A DNA stretch of 44,485 bases from Chlamydiia bacterium (GCA_049314435.1 JBMOFD010000004.1:1-44485), one strand, 5' to 3'. Numbered from the stretch's first letter, positions 27,301-37,006 are shown. Numbers and translations are program-made. Notes: generated from the sequence alone by a model not told the origin.

Positions 27301-30300
27301 CGATAGGAGCGCACCGACGGGTGGGGTGCCCGACTGCCAGCTCTGCCATAGCGCCATGCTCACAGAGACGGTCGGAGAGCTCGATCCGCCGCTTGAAGCC
27401 TGGATCGGCATGGCGGCAATAGGCGTCGTAAGGTAGGGGAAGACGATCGAGCCGGTCGTACTGGTTGTCCCACTGCTCACATTGATCGGTACTGGGACCG
27501 TGGCTGGGGAGGCGACGGAACCAAATGGGCTGGTCGACGCGGTGGTCGTAGTGGCAGGGCTAAAGCTGATCGGTATGCCACCCGCGCCAGGAGCTGACAT
27601 GGTCGTGATGGTGCTGCTTGTGGGCTTATAGTAGCCCGTGACAGCTGTGCTGCTCTGGGCCCAGGTGCTCCAGTCTGCATAAGGCACGAGGACAAACTGC
27701 AGAGACCCTGCCGTGAGCACGCTCGTGACCTTTTCAGTATCTGTACCCAGGATAAAGGCATCATTCTGAGCAGGAGTGATGGCGGCGGTTGAGAGGTTCA
27801 CTGCTATTGGAACCGAAGTAGCCTGGGTCAGGCTCCCTAGAGCATTGGTGGCGGTGGGAGCTGTAAACTGAACAGGGATGGGCGCGGCCCCTCCGCTTGA
27901 AAAGGCCCCTATGGGAGAACCCGCGTTGTTCCATACATTCCACACGCTGGTGGTAACCTGAGCGATCCCGTTGGTCACGGTAACAGCGGCCAGCGAGGGG
28001 GCAGTGGGGAAGGTGATCGTGCCGCTGGAGGTCGATGGCGTAGTGCCGATGATGATCGGGATGGGAAGGGGGGCTGTGGAACTCGTGGCAGCCAAACTGC
28101 CAAAGGCGCCGCTGCCCGACCCAGCGGGGCCGGTGAATTGTGCCGCCGTGATGGTCTTGCTACCAGCTGAGAAGTAGGTGCCAGTCAAGGGTGTGCTCGA
28201 GGTGACAGCACCTACAATGGCACTCCACGAGGCATAGGAGATCTGTTCGAACTGCTGACTGCCCGCAGTGATCACGCTGGCCACGGTCGCAGACTGACCT
28301 CCAAATTGGAACGTGTCATTCACTGCTGCAGTGACAGCAGGGGAGGCGGCTGCGAGGTTCACTGCAATGGGCACCGAGGTGGCCTGGATGAGGCTGCCCA
28401 GACTATTCGTTGAGGTGGGAGCTGTGAACTGGACAGGGATCGGTGCAGTAGATCCGGCGGTGATAAACGCCCCTATTGGAGAACCCGAGGCACTCCAGGC
28501 GTTCCAGGTCGCGGTGGTGATCTGCGCTACGCCACTGGTCACCGTCACCGTGGGAAGAGTAGGTGCGGTGGGGAAGACGATTGTTCCGCTCGAGCTGGAG
28601 GGTGTACTACCTATGATGATCGGAATAGGGAGAGGTGTCGTCGCGCTGGTGGCAGCCAAACTGCCAAAGGCGCTGGCACCGGGGCCTGAGGGGCCGGTGA
28701 ATTGAGCGGCTGTGATGGTCTTGCTACCAGCTGAGTAATAGGTGCCAGTGATGGGTGTGCTCGATGAGGTGGGGCCTACGATGGCACTCCATGACGCATA
28801 GGAGATCTGGACGAACTGCTGACTGCCTGCGGTGATCACGCTGGCTACCGTCGCTGATTTTCCACTGAATTGGAACGTGTCTGCCCCTGCGGGGGTGACC
28901 GCTGGGGATGCTGCAGCGAGGTTCACTGCAACAGGAACGGTGGTGGCCAGCGTCAGACTGCCGAGGCCGCTGGTGGCCGAGGGGGCGGTAAACTGTACGG
29001 GGATCGGTGGTGTCGACCCGCCTGTTGAAAAGGCGCCTATAGGAGAGCCTGAAGCATTCCACCCATTCCAGATGCTGGTGTTGACCTGGGCTACGCCATT
29101 GGTGACTGTGACGGAGGGAAGAGTGGAAGCTGTGGGGAAGGTGATCGTTCCGCTTAAGGTGGATGGCGTACTGCTTATGATGATCGGGATCGGAAGCGGC
29201 GCTGTAGAGGTCGTTGCAGCCATGGTTCCAAAGGCACCCGTGGCGGAACTGGAAGGGCCGGTGAATTGCGCAGCTACGATGGCCTGGCTGCCAGCGGAAT
29301 AGTAGCTTCCAATGATCGGTGTGCTAGAGGAAGTGCCACTCGCCATGGCACTCCATGAAGCATAGGAGACCTGGACAAACTGCTGACTGCCCGAAGAGGT
29401 GGTCCCCGCGACTGAACCCGATTTTCCATTGAACTGGAAGGTGTCTCCTGTAGCCGGGGTGACGGAAGGAGAAGCTGCTGCGAGGTTCACGGCCACCGGG
29501 ACCAGGGTAGCCTGAGTCAGACTCCCCAAGGTTACACTCGTAGAGCTGCTTGGTGCGGTGGGCGAGGTGAACTGGACAGGGATGGGCATGGCCGATCCGC
29601 TGGAGACAAAGGCGCCTACAGGCGATCCAGAAGAGCTCCATGTAGTCCAAACAGCTGCAGGAACCTGAGCTACCCCATTGGTGACGCTAATCGCTGCGAG
29701 AGTAGAGGTGGGGAAGGCGATCGATCCGCTAGCTGTTGAGGGGGTGCCTCCCAAGATCAGCGGGATCGGGATCGGCACGGTTGTGGGTGCAGGAATTAGA
29801 CTACCAAATCCTGTCGTGGACCCAGTTGCTGGGGGCGTGAACTGGATCACTAGGGTCGTTTTGCTGCCCACCGAATAGTAGGAGCCGATGAAAGGGGTTC
29901 CGGAGGTACTGGCCAGAGCATACCAGTCAGCATAGGGGAGGTCCGTAAGGAACCCAGAACCTGTATTGGTATTGTTCGTGAACTGACTGCCTACTGTGTA
30001 GGTCTTCTTGTTGATTGTGAACAGGTCTCCCTTGGCCGGAGTCACGCCCGGACTGAGGAGAACTTGGATGGGAACCACGGTCGCCAGTTGGAAAGAGCCG
30101 GCTCCAGCGCCTGAGTTCGGTACGAAGATTACCGGAACCGGGAGGCTGGCAGGCGTGGCGAGGTAGACCCCAATATCTGAAAGGGCTGAAAGACCAGTCA
30201 GTATGGACCAGATGCTCCCCGTGGTGGTGACGCCGTTGGAGCCAACGGTCAGGTTTTGCCCGCCGATTGCGATCGTCCCACTAGTGGGGGAGGGATTGGA

Positions 30301-31893
30301 TCCGCCAAACAAGATGGGCAACAAAACCTGAGCATTGCCCGCTATGGGGAGCAGGGTTCCAGTAGGAGAGGTGCTTAAAGGCGGCAGCTCGAAGCCCAGC
30401 AGATTCGTGACGCCGTTGTCTGTGTATTGACCCACAATGATAGGACTGCTCTTGGCGCCGCTATTCGCAGCCCAGGTCATCCACAGGCTCGCGGGAACTC
30501 CTACAGTAAGTGGGGTACTGCCACTACCGGTGGCGACCCTATAGCTTTGTCCAGCTGGGGCACCAGAGAAGGTGATCGTGTCGCCGGACTTAATCGTCAG
30601 CGATCCTGAGGGTGTCACGGCGACTGTGATGGTGCCGGATCCGCCGGAGATGCTGAAGGATCCCAAAGGAGCTGACGAGGAAGGCGGGTTGTATTGAAGA
30701 ACACCAAGAGCAGCCGTACAGCTGGTCCCCCCAGAACAGAGCATCCAAAGGCTATTTGCGGCTGTCAAGTTGACAGTGGCAGTCCGTAGGAGGCTGATCG
30801 AGCTGGATGTGACCGTGGCATTCGGGAGGACTGTCCCTGCGGTCGTGAGCGAGAGTAGAGAAGCGCTACCTGCCCCTGGTACGCTTCCTGTGAGACTGCC
30901 CGTCAGAGGGATCGTTGGATCGCCAATACTCAGCTGCATGTGAGGTATTGACCCTGACGAGAGCCCAAAGGCGGCACTCAAGAGCTGCTTGCCGCCTGCA
31001 CTCGTTCCGATCCCTGTAGTCTGTAGAGGGAAGCTGGTCGCCTGCAGCAGAGGCTGCCAGAGTGATCCCTGACCCGAGAGTGAGAGCGTGCTTGAGGCTC
31101 CCGAGCCTGTGATGCTCACGGCCGCGGTACTAGAGGGCCATGCACTCAGCTTGATCGCGGTCAGATCCAGAGGCTCGGCGCTGTTTGATGAGACCAAGGG
31201 CAGGGAAGTCAGCAGATCGATCGAGGATTCATTCACCAGGACGGGGATCGGATTCGGGCTACTTCGATTGATCACGCCATCAGAGGCAAGAGTCCCTGTT
31301 CCCAACCAAATCCCATAGGTCGATGAGAACGGTATGAGAAAACCTCCTATGGCCGAGCCCTGGCTGAGGGGTTGGATGGAGACCAGAGTGGTCTGGGTGG
31401 TAGCAGACCCTCCCAAAGCCGAAAAGAGGTTCGACGGATTTGAACTCGACCCCACAGTATACGGCGTAACTGTCATCCCACTGGGGGCGCTCAGAGTTCC
31501 CCCTGTAAATTCGGAGGAGGCAGAGCCAGCGAGCGCTGACTGTTGAGTCAGCGCCCACTGCCCCGCCGGGTTTTGGTAGATGAAGTAGCGAGTGTACCTA
31601 TTCCCGAGGGTTAGGGCCGTGCTCACAGCGGGCATGTAGACGGTCGTCCCATTCGCCCCCGTTGTGGGAGTGAGCTTGATGGAGACCGTAGCCTCCATCG
31701 TCAGATTGGTCGCGCTCAGCGGAGCATTGTTCGCCGTAGACCCAAAGTAATAGAGGGTCACCGATCCGGCTCCCAAGGCGCTCTTGAGTGACGGATCGGT
31801 GACGACGGCAACCCCGCCTGTGGGGATGAGGCCATACCCTGTCATGCCGACGAGCATCGTCATCAACATACTTATCGAACGTCGAAACAACAT
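24382..31893 (-). CDS. Giant (2503 aa) secreted Ser/Thr/Gly/Ala/Pro-rich repeat protein; putative adhesin or surface-layer protein
   Basis: Uninterrupted 7.5-kb ORF; signal-like MLFRRSISMLMTMLVGMTGYG; beta-rich repeats with W-x-x-W and F-x-x-P...FGSL motifs; very few charged residues. Confidence 0.88.
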   Translation of the reverse strand: MLFRRSISMLMTMLVGMTGYGLIPTGGVAVVTDPSLKSALGAGSVTLYYFGSTANNAPLSATNLTMEATVSIKLTPTTGANGTTVYMPAVSTALTLGNRYTRYFIYQNPAGQWALTQQSALAGSASSEFTGGTLSAPSGMTVTPYTVGSSSNPSNLFSALGGSATTQTTLVSIQPLSQGSAIGGFLIPFSSTYGIWLGTGTLASDGVINRSSPNPIPVLVNESSIDLLTSLPLVSSNSAEPLDLTAIKLSAWPSSTAAVSITGSGASSTLSLSGQGSLWQPLLQATSFPLQTTGIGTSAGGKQLLSAAFGLSSGSIPHMQLSIGDPTIPLTGSLTGSVPGAGSASLLSLTTAGTVLPNATVTSSSISLLRTATVNLTAANSLWMLCSGGTSCTAALGVLQYNPPSSSAPLGSFSISGGSGTITVAVTPSGSLTIKSGDTITFSGAPAGQSYRVATGSGSTPLTVGVPASLWMTWAANSGAKSSPIIVGQYTDNGVTNLLGFELPPLSTSPTGTLLPIAGNAQVLLPILFGGSNPSPTSGTIAIGGQNLTVGSNGVTTTGSIWSILTGLSALSDIGVYLATPASLPVPVIFVPNSGAGAGSFQLATVVPIQVLLSPGVTPAKGDLFTINKKTYTVGSQFTNNTNTGSGFLTDLPYADWYALASTSGTPFIGSYYSVGSKTTLVIQFTPPATGSTTGFGSLIPAPTTVPIPIPLILGGTPSTASGSIAFPTSTLAAISVTNGVAQVPAAVWTTWSSSGSPVGAFVSSGSAMPIPVQFTSPTAPSSSTSVTLGSLTQATLVPVAVNLAAASPSVTPATGDTFQFNGKSGSVAGTTSSGSQQFVQVSYASWSAMASGTSSSTPIIGSYYSAGSQAIVAAQFTGPSSSATGAFGTMAATTSTAPLPIPIIISSTPSTLSGTITFPTASTLPSVTVTNGVAQVNTSIWNGWNASGSPIGAFSTGGSTPPIPVQFTAPSATSGLGSLTLATTVPVAVNLAAASPAVTPAGADTFQFSGKSATVASVITAGSQQFVQISYASWSAIVGPTSSSTPITGTYYSAGSKTITAAQFTGPSGPGASAFGSLAATSATTPLPIPIIIGSTPSSSSGTIVFPTAPTLPTVTVTSGVAQITTATWNAWSASGSPIGAFITAGSTAPIPVQFTAPTSTNSLGSLIQATSVPIAVNLAAASPAVTAAVNDTFQFGGQSATVASVITAGSQQFEQISYASWSAIVGAVTSSTPLTGTYFSAGSKTITAAQFTGPAGSGSGAFGSLAATSSTAPLPIPIIIGTTPSTSSGTITFPTAPSLAAVTVTNGIAQVTTSVWNVWNNAGSPIGAFSSGGAAPIPVQFTAPTATNALGSLTQATSVPIAVNLSTAAITPAQNDAFILGTDTEKVTSVLTAGSLQFVLVPYADWSTWAQSSTAVTGYYKPTSSTITTMSAPGAGGIPISFSPATTTTASTSPFGSVASPATVPVPINVSSGTTSTTGSIVFPYLTTPIAAMPIQASSGGSSSPTVSVSMALWQSWQSGTPPVGALLSASQAPTPLVYTPGSQGLPVGSFTLPTSVTVSISTASTSVSAPAAGDQLWIGSASIPVALIGSSTATVSLPLSTWSTWQTTPPATAIYVSGSKAVEVFTFQPATGQSTVSAPFGSLTLASSVPLAVSPGGTTPVTSGTLTWPVASPAVPTATVGATGTISLSNATWHSWLTTPPGTGILTTGTTGNLVAFTAPSATNNWVGAIGPATQVPIPITLANSVPVSSSGTVAFTGYKSAAAQTINSAGMIVISASDWQSWVGGTTPPGAGLYKSSSAVQPVRFVAPTSSTPFGTITTPTTTPANTVALTLFGQNGTSAQTAGTLTYTPPSGSPVSFSVSSAGLVNVPIATWSNWVITSTSLSSQSLIYAPSGASTSLYITFNPPASTLSATQPYGTLQVSAVQNINIPIVLASTSKYAAPTLSKVSQVYLAGTPYPVVNGSAQVSQYTAQTWTTSVQGMLTDGTTTQPVQYQPASGSTPASIVTMQTISIPAGPMPSGSIAFSNGTSGTVSGAAISLDTGSWQQMVASTNPVYCVTTQAPYTAGLFSSSGNTLGSISSPSSVPVTVAVSGATYLLFGNNQTAGISGGMTGVPLQIWQSMANAANSYQQLAGVSTTGSLTPFIIVQFSPSQVGSSQSFFGSFTTNVSGNIPVQVNCTGSQCPGTLLSINNAALGQGSTASIAYLSTSQWQTLAQSAYSGNSNIPASGPAGQYQGAFSYSWGVTGSQPYFGLYSVQSLTNIQWLIPNAQGLSGTFVPIPVTSAGTIAATGSSYTSSIATGPQVTWPNNLVFTVTNGVASSAISGDTNGSQAQGYLNQISGQPFVLAQVSGSSLSSTYYTQSIPLIFGGNAFQGYTPSYLPVVGGLNGLPAGATGSMQVMSGTGPLVWLNFVSVGGQQLALTISGMPWLATVSSWWTPSGGSYCSIPWMPIPTNAPSQLQIWGQTNMYQAATGNTNVICPPNSRYPFGYVTGGQGNACQH
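27790..29790 (-). repeat. Intragenic tandem repeat, 564-nt (188-aa) period, about 3.5 copies
   Basis: GTTCAC anchor at 29485, 28921, 28357 and 27796 (spacings 564, 564, 561). Confidence 0.9.
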
Positions 31894-32083
31894 AGTAAGC
31901 CAGGCCCGCTTCTTAGGTTAATTAGTAACATGAAATTCATTTATTTAAAAAACTGCTTTCAGTTTGTTCGGTAGAACGATGCCTTTTTCAGGCCCACGAT
32001 TTGGAGGGTGCGGAGTCAACATCCGAAAAAACTCGGGCTCCCGATACACTCGCGCGTTGCCGATCTGAACGGAGGGAGAGCCC

Positions 32084-33352
32084 ATGCAGCAGTCCGAACC
32101 ACGTGTGGTGATCACCGGGATGGGAGTGGTCTCTTGCTTTGGAGATGATGTGCAGACCTTCATCGACCAGCTCCTTGCCGGTCGTTCGGGGGTCCACACG
32201 ATCACGGACTTCAGAGTCGACGACCTCCCCACGAAGTTTGGGGCTCAAGTCCCGGAGATCGACACCACGGCTTGGATCGATCGGAAGCTGGCGCGTCGGG
32301 TAGACCCGATCATCGCCTGGGGCATGGTCGCGGCTAAGAAGGCGCTTCTGCAAGCGGGGCTTCTCCATGAAGCCTCGCTTGAGCACCTCGATCTCACTCG
32401 CTGTGGCGTCGTGCTGGGGAGTGGCATGGGGGGCATGCGTGTCTTCTCCGATGGGATCCGCACAATCGAGGCTCAGGGTCCTCGGCGGCTGAGCCCCTTC
32501 TTCATCCCCATGAGCCTGAGTAATATGACGGGGGCTCTGCTGGCGGTCGATCTGGGCTTCCAGGGGCCGAACTACAGCATCTCGACCGCCTGTGCGACGA
32601 GCAATTACTGCATCCTAGCAGCGGCCGATCATATACGACGGGGAGAGTGTGACGTCATGGTAGCTGGGGGCACCGAAGCTCCGGTGGACCGCGGTGGGGT
32701 GGCTGGGTTCTGTGCCTGTCGAGCTCTCTCTCAACAGAACGAAGAACCTGAGCGCGCATCAAGGCCTTGGGATCGAAGGCGAGATGGCTTTGTGATGGGG
32801 GAGGGTTCCGGAGCGCTTGTGCTCGAGAGTCTGGATCATGCACGTCATCGGGGCGCTCCGATCCTCGCCGAGCTGCTCGGCGGGGCCACCAACTGCGATG
32901 CCTATCATATGACCGAGCCACGTCCCGATGGCCGCAATGTGAGGGCCTGCATGGCTGAGGCCCTCCGAAAAGCTGGGCTATCGCCTAGCGACATCGACTA
33001 TATCAACGCCCACGCGACCAGCACGCTGGCTGGCGATCGGTGTGAGATCCTGGCCATACGCGAGCTATTCGCAGACCAGTTGTCCCGGCTGCATCTAAAT
33101 GCCACCAAGTCGATGATCGGTCACAGCCTCGGAGCCTCAGGCGCCCTGGAAGCGGTCGCTGTGGTCGCAGCTCTCCAATCGGGGTGGCTCCATCCGACCC
33201 TCAATCTAGAGGAGCCGGAGGAGTGGATCCAGGGCATCGACTGCTGTGCCAATCAAAAAAAAGAAGCACATCCCCGCATCGCAATGACGAATTCCTTTGG
33301 CTTCGGGGGGCACAACTCCAGTATGATTCTAGCTCGGGCTCCCTCCTTATAG
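32084..33352 (+). CDS. fabF: Beta-ketoacyl-ACP synthase II
   Basis: RVVITGMG, GPNYSISTACATS, INAHATST, KSMIGHSLGASG, NSFGFGGHN. Confidence 0.97.
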   Translation: MQQSEPRVVITGMGVVSCFGDDVQTFIDQLLAGRSGVHTITDFRVDDLPTKFGAQVPEIDTTAWIDRKLARRVDPIIAWGMVAAKKALLQAGLLHEASLEHLDLTRCGVVLGSGMGGMRVFSDGIRTIEAQGPRRLSPFFIPMSLSNMTGALLAVDLGFQGPNYSISTACATSNYCILAAADHIRRGECDVMVAGGTEAPVDRGGVAGFCACRALSQQNEEPERASRPWDRRRDGFVMGEGSGALVLESLDHARHRGAPILAELLGGATNCDAYHMTEPRPDGRNVRACMAEALRKAGLSPSDIDYINAHATSTLAGDRCEILAIRELFADQLSRLHLNATKSMIGHSLGASGALEAVAVVAALQSGWLHPTLNLEEPEEWIQGIDCCANQKKEAHPRIAMTNSFGFGGHNSSMILARAPSL

Positions 33353-33492
33353 AGGGGGTCGATCCCCGATGCAGCGAACAGGGGGAGTCGCAGCCGCTAG
33401 ATGTTGCGGTTGACGGAGAGGATAGACATGGTCGGCAACAGTGATGGAACGATAGAAGACCAGGTGGGTGTTTGGTGGGAGATGGTCCTTTC

Positions 33493-33996
33493 ATGACCGC
33501 TGGTTCCCAACATAGTTCTATGACGATCGTTCCCGATGCCAGCTTTGGTGTGGTCCCTTTGCAATATCGTGAAAAAGGGTGGTGGCTCCTCGTGGTCCAG
33601 CATCGCCAGGGCCACTGGTCTCTCCCTAAGGGGCATCCCAATCCGGGCGAGACTCCCCATACCACGGCATGCCGAGAGCTCTTTGAGGAGACTCGTTGTC
33701 GAGTCCTTCGGTTCCTCGACTTCCCGTCGATGGCGGAGAACTACCAGTTCCGGGTGGAGAAGCGGCAGATCCAAAAGACCGTGACCTACTTTGTAGCTGA
33801 AGCAGCGGGCGAGCCCTCTCCTCAACTCGAAGAGTTGAAGGCAGCGGTCTGGTTACCGATACGTGAAGCTGAACAGCGGGTGACCTTCGATCAGTGTAGG
33901 CGGATGTGCCAGCGCGTCGGGCAGTTTGTTCATGGGAAACAGCCGAACCAACTGCCAGGTCTCCCCCACCTCAAGGTGGCCCCGTGGACATCTTGA
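33493..33996 (+). CDS. NUDIX hydrolase (Ap4A hydrolase-like)
   Basis: GHWSLPKGHPNPGETPHTTACRELFEET Nudix box; follows fabF as in Chlamydia; start 33493 or 33520. Confidence 0.88.
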   Translation: MTAGSQHSSMTIVPDASFGVVPLQYREKGWWLLVVQHRQGHWSLPKGHPNPGETPHTTACRELFEETRCRVLRFLDFPSMAENYQFRVEKRQIQKTVTYFVAEAAGEPSPQLEELKAAVWLPIREAEQRVTFDQCRRMCQRVGQFVHGKQPNQLPGLPHLKVAPWTS

Positions 33997-34002
33997 GGGT
34001 GT

Positions 34003-34236
34003 TTAAGAGAGGAGTGTTCGCCCAGTCTGGTCAGCCGTACGCGCTGTCGGTGTGGGATCTCGAAGCTCCGTCATGTGGCGCTCTCGCAGAGCACCCTCGC
34101 GCTGCTTTCTCCGAATCAAGCGCAGGACATCATCTACATCCACCAGCGTGCGGTGGTCTGCAGGTGCAGTGGGGAGGTTCCCCACAGAGTGAAAACGATT
34201 GGCCGCGTGGGGCGGGATCGAATGGTCTCGTTCCAT
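34003..34236 (-). CDS. Possible small hypothetical protein
   Basis: 77-aa ORF filling the gap between NUDIX and aas, with an amphipathic LVDVDDVLRLIRRKQ segment; competing plus-strand ORFs exist. Confidence 0.3.
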   Translation of the reverse strand: MERDHSIPPHAANRFHSVGNLPTAPADHRTLVDVDDVLRLIRRKQREGALRERHMTELRDPTPTARTADQTGRTLLS

Positions 34237-34306
34237 ACGAAAATAGGGGGCTCACAACAATGGGTCCAAGGTCAATTATATTAAAAAATTAAATTTAGGG
34301 CAAGGC

Positions 34307-37006
34307 ATGAGTTGGTGGGTTCGTACGCGCGCGGAAGCGCTCGCTTGGCTAGCACGTGTAGTGTTAGGCCTGCGTTACCGAGTGGAAATGGAAGGGCTGG
34401 AGTGCATTCCCCCGGAGGGGGGAGCACTCTTCCTGGCCAACCACCCGGCCATGGTAGATCCTATCCTATTGCTCTCTCGGATCGGTGCTCGGTATCGCGT
34501 ACGGCCTCTTGTGTTGCAGGTCTTCTTCCTGATGCCTGGGCTACGCTTCTTCATGGAGATGCTCGATGCGTTTCCGATCCCAGACCTGAGCACAGGTGCG
34601 AATACCTACAAGAGATGGCGCGTACAGCAGGCCGCCCAGGAGTTAGAGGCTGGACTGCGGCAGGGACAGCGGTTCCTCGTCTACCCATCTGGACGGCTGA
34701 AGCAGGGCCCGGAAGAGGTAGTAGGGGGAGCTAGTCTGGCTCACCAACTGGCTCGTGATGTGCCTGAAGCCAAACTGATCCTTGTGAGGATCGACGGGCT
34801 ATGGGGCAGCCGTTTTAGTCGTGCTCTTCAGGGCAAGAGGCCAGAGCTCTCCAGTGAGCTGTGGAGAGGGGCCTGGACGATCATCAAGAACGCGATTTTC
34901 CTGGTGCCACGTCGCCGCGTACGGATTACGTTCGCGGAGGCGGGTCCCGATGTGCGGGAGGCGCGTAGCCGTCTGGAGTTCAACAAAGGTCTGGAGACAT
35001 TCTTTAACCAGTATCGGACCGATCATGGCCCAACGGGAGAAGAGCCTCTCCATCTCATCCGAGAGTCTCGCTGGCGCCGTTCGAGTCTGCCACCGCTCTG
35101 CCCGGTTCAGGCTGAAGAAGTGATCGATACACGTCGTCTTCCGGCTCATGTGAAGACAGCGGTTCGAGCAGAGATTGCAGCGCTCGTCCATCGAGCTCCC
35201 AATGAGATCAAGGACACGGATGATCTGTCGACCGATTTGGGGATGGACTCCCTGGACATCGCCCAGCTCGTCACCTACTTAGAAAAGCAGTTTGATGTCG
35301 CGGTCACCACCCCAGCGCATCTGACGACGGTGGCGCATGTGATGGCCACAGCGGCAGACATTCAGTTTGCGGAAGAGGAGCCTGAGGTTCCCATGACCTG
35401 GGAACAGGACGTGGATGAGAAACGTCCCGAAGCCACTCCTCCGGAGGGCCGCACGTGCGTAGAAGCTTGGTTGCGCACCTGTGATCGCATGGGCTCATGG
35501 GAAGCTGCTGGCGACGAGCGGGGCGGTCCCAAGACATATGATCAGCTGAAATTAGGCAGTCTGGTCCTAGCCGAGGCGATCCGCAAACTCCCCGGTGATA
35601 GCATCGGCGTTCTTCTGCCAGCGACTGTGGCTGTGCAGGCCGTGATCTTAGCTATCCAGATGGCTGGTAAGGTCCCCGTGATGCTCAATTGGACAGTCGG
35701 AGCTGCTCCTCTGGCTCATGCTGTTGAGACAGCTGGCGTCCAGGTCGTACTCAGCTCACTCGCCTTCCTCGATCGTCTGGAGAGCGTGGATCTGACTCCC
35801 ATCCATACGAAGCTGATTTTGTTGGAGGAGATGCGGCAGCGATTCTCCATTAAGGATCTTCTCTCCGCCAAGTTGCGTTCTAGACAGAAAGCGGATCAAC
35901 TCCTTCGCACCCTGGGGCGTCAAAATGACACGGGCCAGGAAGTCGCTGTAATCCTCTTTACGAGTGGGACCGAGAATCTGCCCAAGGGTGTGCCCTTAAC
36001 CCATCAGAACATCCTGGCCAACCATCGGGATGCCTTTGCTAGGGTGGCTCTCACGCGTAAAGACGTGATGCTGGGGAGCCTGCCTCCCTTCCACTCTTTT
36101 GGGTTCACGATCACAGGATTGCTTCCCTTGTTGGGAGGATTCCGCGTAGCGTGCACGCCCGATCCGACCAATGGTCGAGCGATGGCTCGTGTCTGCTCCA
36201 GTTGGCAGTGTTCCCTTGTGTGTGCTCCGCCTACATTCCTACGTGGGCTGCTGCATGCAGGCCAGGGTGGCCAGCTCCGCTGTGTGCGTCTCTTCCTGTC
36301 TGGTGCTGAGAAGGCTCCTGATGAGCTCTTTGAGCAGGTGAAGCAGGTGGCTCCTAGTAGCTCTCTTGTGGAGGGCTATGGCATCACAGAGTGCGCTCCT
36401 GTGCTGACTCTGAATGAAATCGGCAAGCCGAGGCGGGGAGTGGGGCTCCCATTGCCCAGCGTACGTCTGATGATCGTTCATCCAGAGACCTTCGAGCCGC
36501 TACCCTTTGGAGAGCAGGGCCTCATTCTGGCCACAGGCCCCAATATCTTCCCAGGATACCTCGGTGGGAATCCCGTTCCGTTCTATGAGTTCGAAGGTTC
36601 CCGCTGGTATGTGACCGGCGACCTAGGTTGGCTTGATCCAGCAGGCTACCTCACACTCTCCGGGCGTCTAAAGAGGTTCGTGAAGATCGGTGGTGAGATG
36701 ATCAGCCTGACTGCGATTGAGCAGGCCCTGATCCAGCTCATACCGGAAGGGCAGCCGATGCCTGCTGTGGCTCTGAGCGCGGCCGAGGTAGCAGGCCAAA
36801 GGCCTGTTTTACATGCCTTTGTGACCTTCCCACTGACGCTGGAACAGGCCAATGCTGGGATTAAAGGTGCTGGATTGAGTAATCTCGCCCGTCTTTCCAG
36901 TGTACAGCAGTTGGCAGAGATACCTGTGCTGGGCTCAGGCAAGACGAACTACCGGGCTTTGCCTGAGGTAGCTCAGCAGAAAAACGACCTCGGAACAAGT
37001 GTATAG
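34307..37006 (+). CDS. aas: Aas-like fusion: acyltransferase + acyl carrier domain + acyl-ACP synthetase
   Basis: NHPAMVD (HX4D) and YPSGRL; DLGMDSLD phosphopantetheine site; FTSGTENLPKG, EGYGITE, YVTGDLG, GRLKRF. Confidence 0.88.
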   Translation: MSWWVRTRAEALAWLARVVLGLRYRVEMEGLECIPPEGGALFLANHPAMVDPILLLSRIGARYRVRPLVLQVFFLMPGLRFFMEMLDAFPIPDLSTGANTYKRWRVQQAAQELEAGLRQGQRFLVYPSGRLKQGPEEVVGGASLAHQLARDVPEAKLILVRIDGLWGSRFSRALQGKRPELSSELWRGAWTIIKNAIFLVPRRRVRITFAEAGPDVREARSRLEFNKGLETFFNQYRTDHGPTGEEPLHLIRESRWRRSSLPPLCPVQAEEVIDTRRLPAHVKTAVRAEIAALVHRAPNEIKDTDDLSTDLGMDSLDIAQLVTYLEKQFDVAVTTPAHLTTVAHVMATAADIQFAEEEPEVPMTWEQDVDEKRPEATPPEGRTCVEAWLRTCDRMGSWEAAGDERGGPKTYDQLKLGSLVLAEAIRKLPGDSIGVLLPATVAVQAVILAIQMAGKVPVMLNWTVGAAPLAHAVETAGVQVVLSSLAFLDRLESVDLTPIHTKLILLEEMRQRFSIKDLLSAKLRSRQKADQLLRTLGRQNDTGQEVAVILFTSGTENLPKGVPLTHQNILANHRDAFARVALTRKDVMLGSLPPFHSFGFTITGLLPLLGGFRVACTPDPTNGRAMARVCSSWQCSLVCAPPTFLRGLLHAGQGGQLRCVRLFLSGAEKAPDELFEQVKQVAPSSSLVEGYGITECAPVLTLNEIGKPRRGVGLPLPSVRLMIVHPETFEPLPFGEQGLILATGPNIFPGYLGGNPVPFYEFEGSRWYVTGDLGWLDPAGYLTLSGRLKRFVKIGGEMISLTAIEQALIQLIPEGQPMPAVALSAAEVAGQRPVLHAFVTFPLTLEQANAGIKGAGLSNLARLSSVQQLAEIPVLGSGKTNYRALPEVAQQKNDLGTSV

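Noticed and set aside
26615..31546. Many plus-strand ORFs within the giant gene
   Set aside because: Antisense shadows caused by biased codon composition and repeats.
24382..31893. Pmp autotransporter or RTX/hemagglutinin assignment for the giant protein
   Set aside because: No repeated GGAI/FxxN pairs, no RTX nonapeptides, and the C-terminus (GNACQH) lacks a barrel-type terminal aromatic residue.
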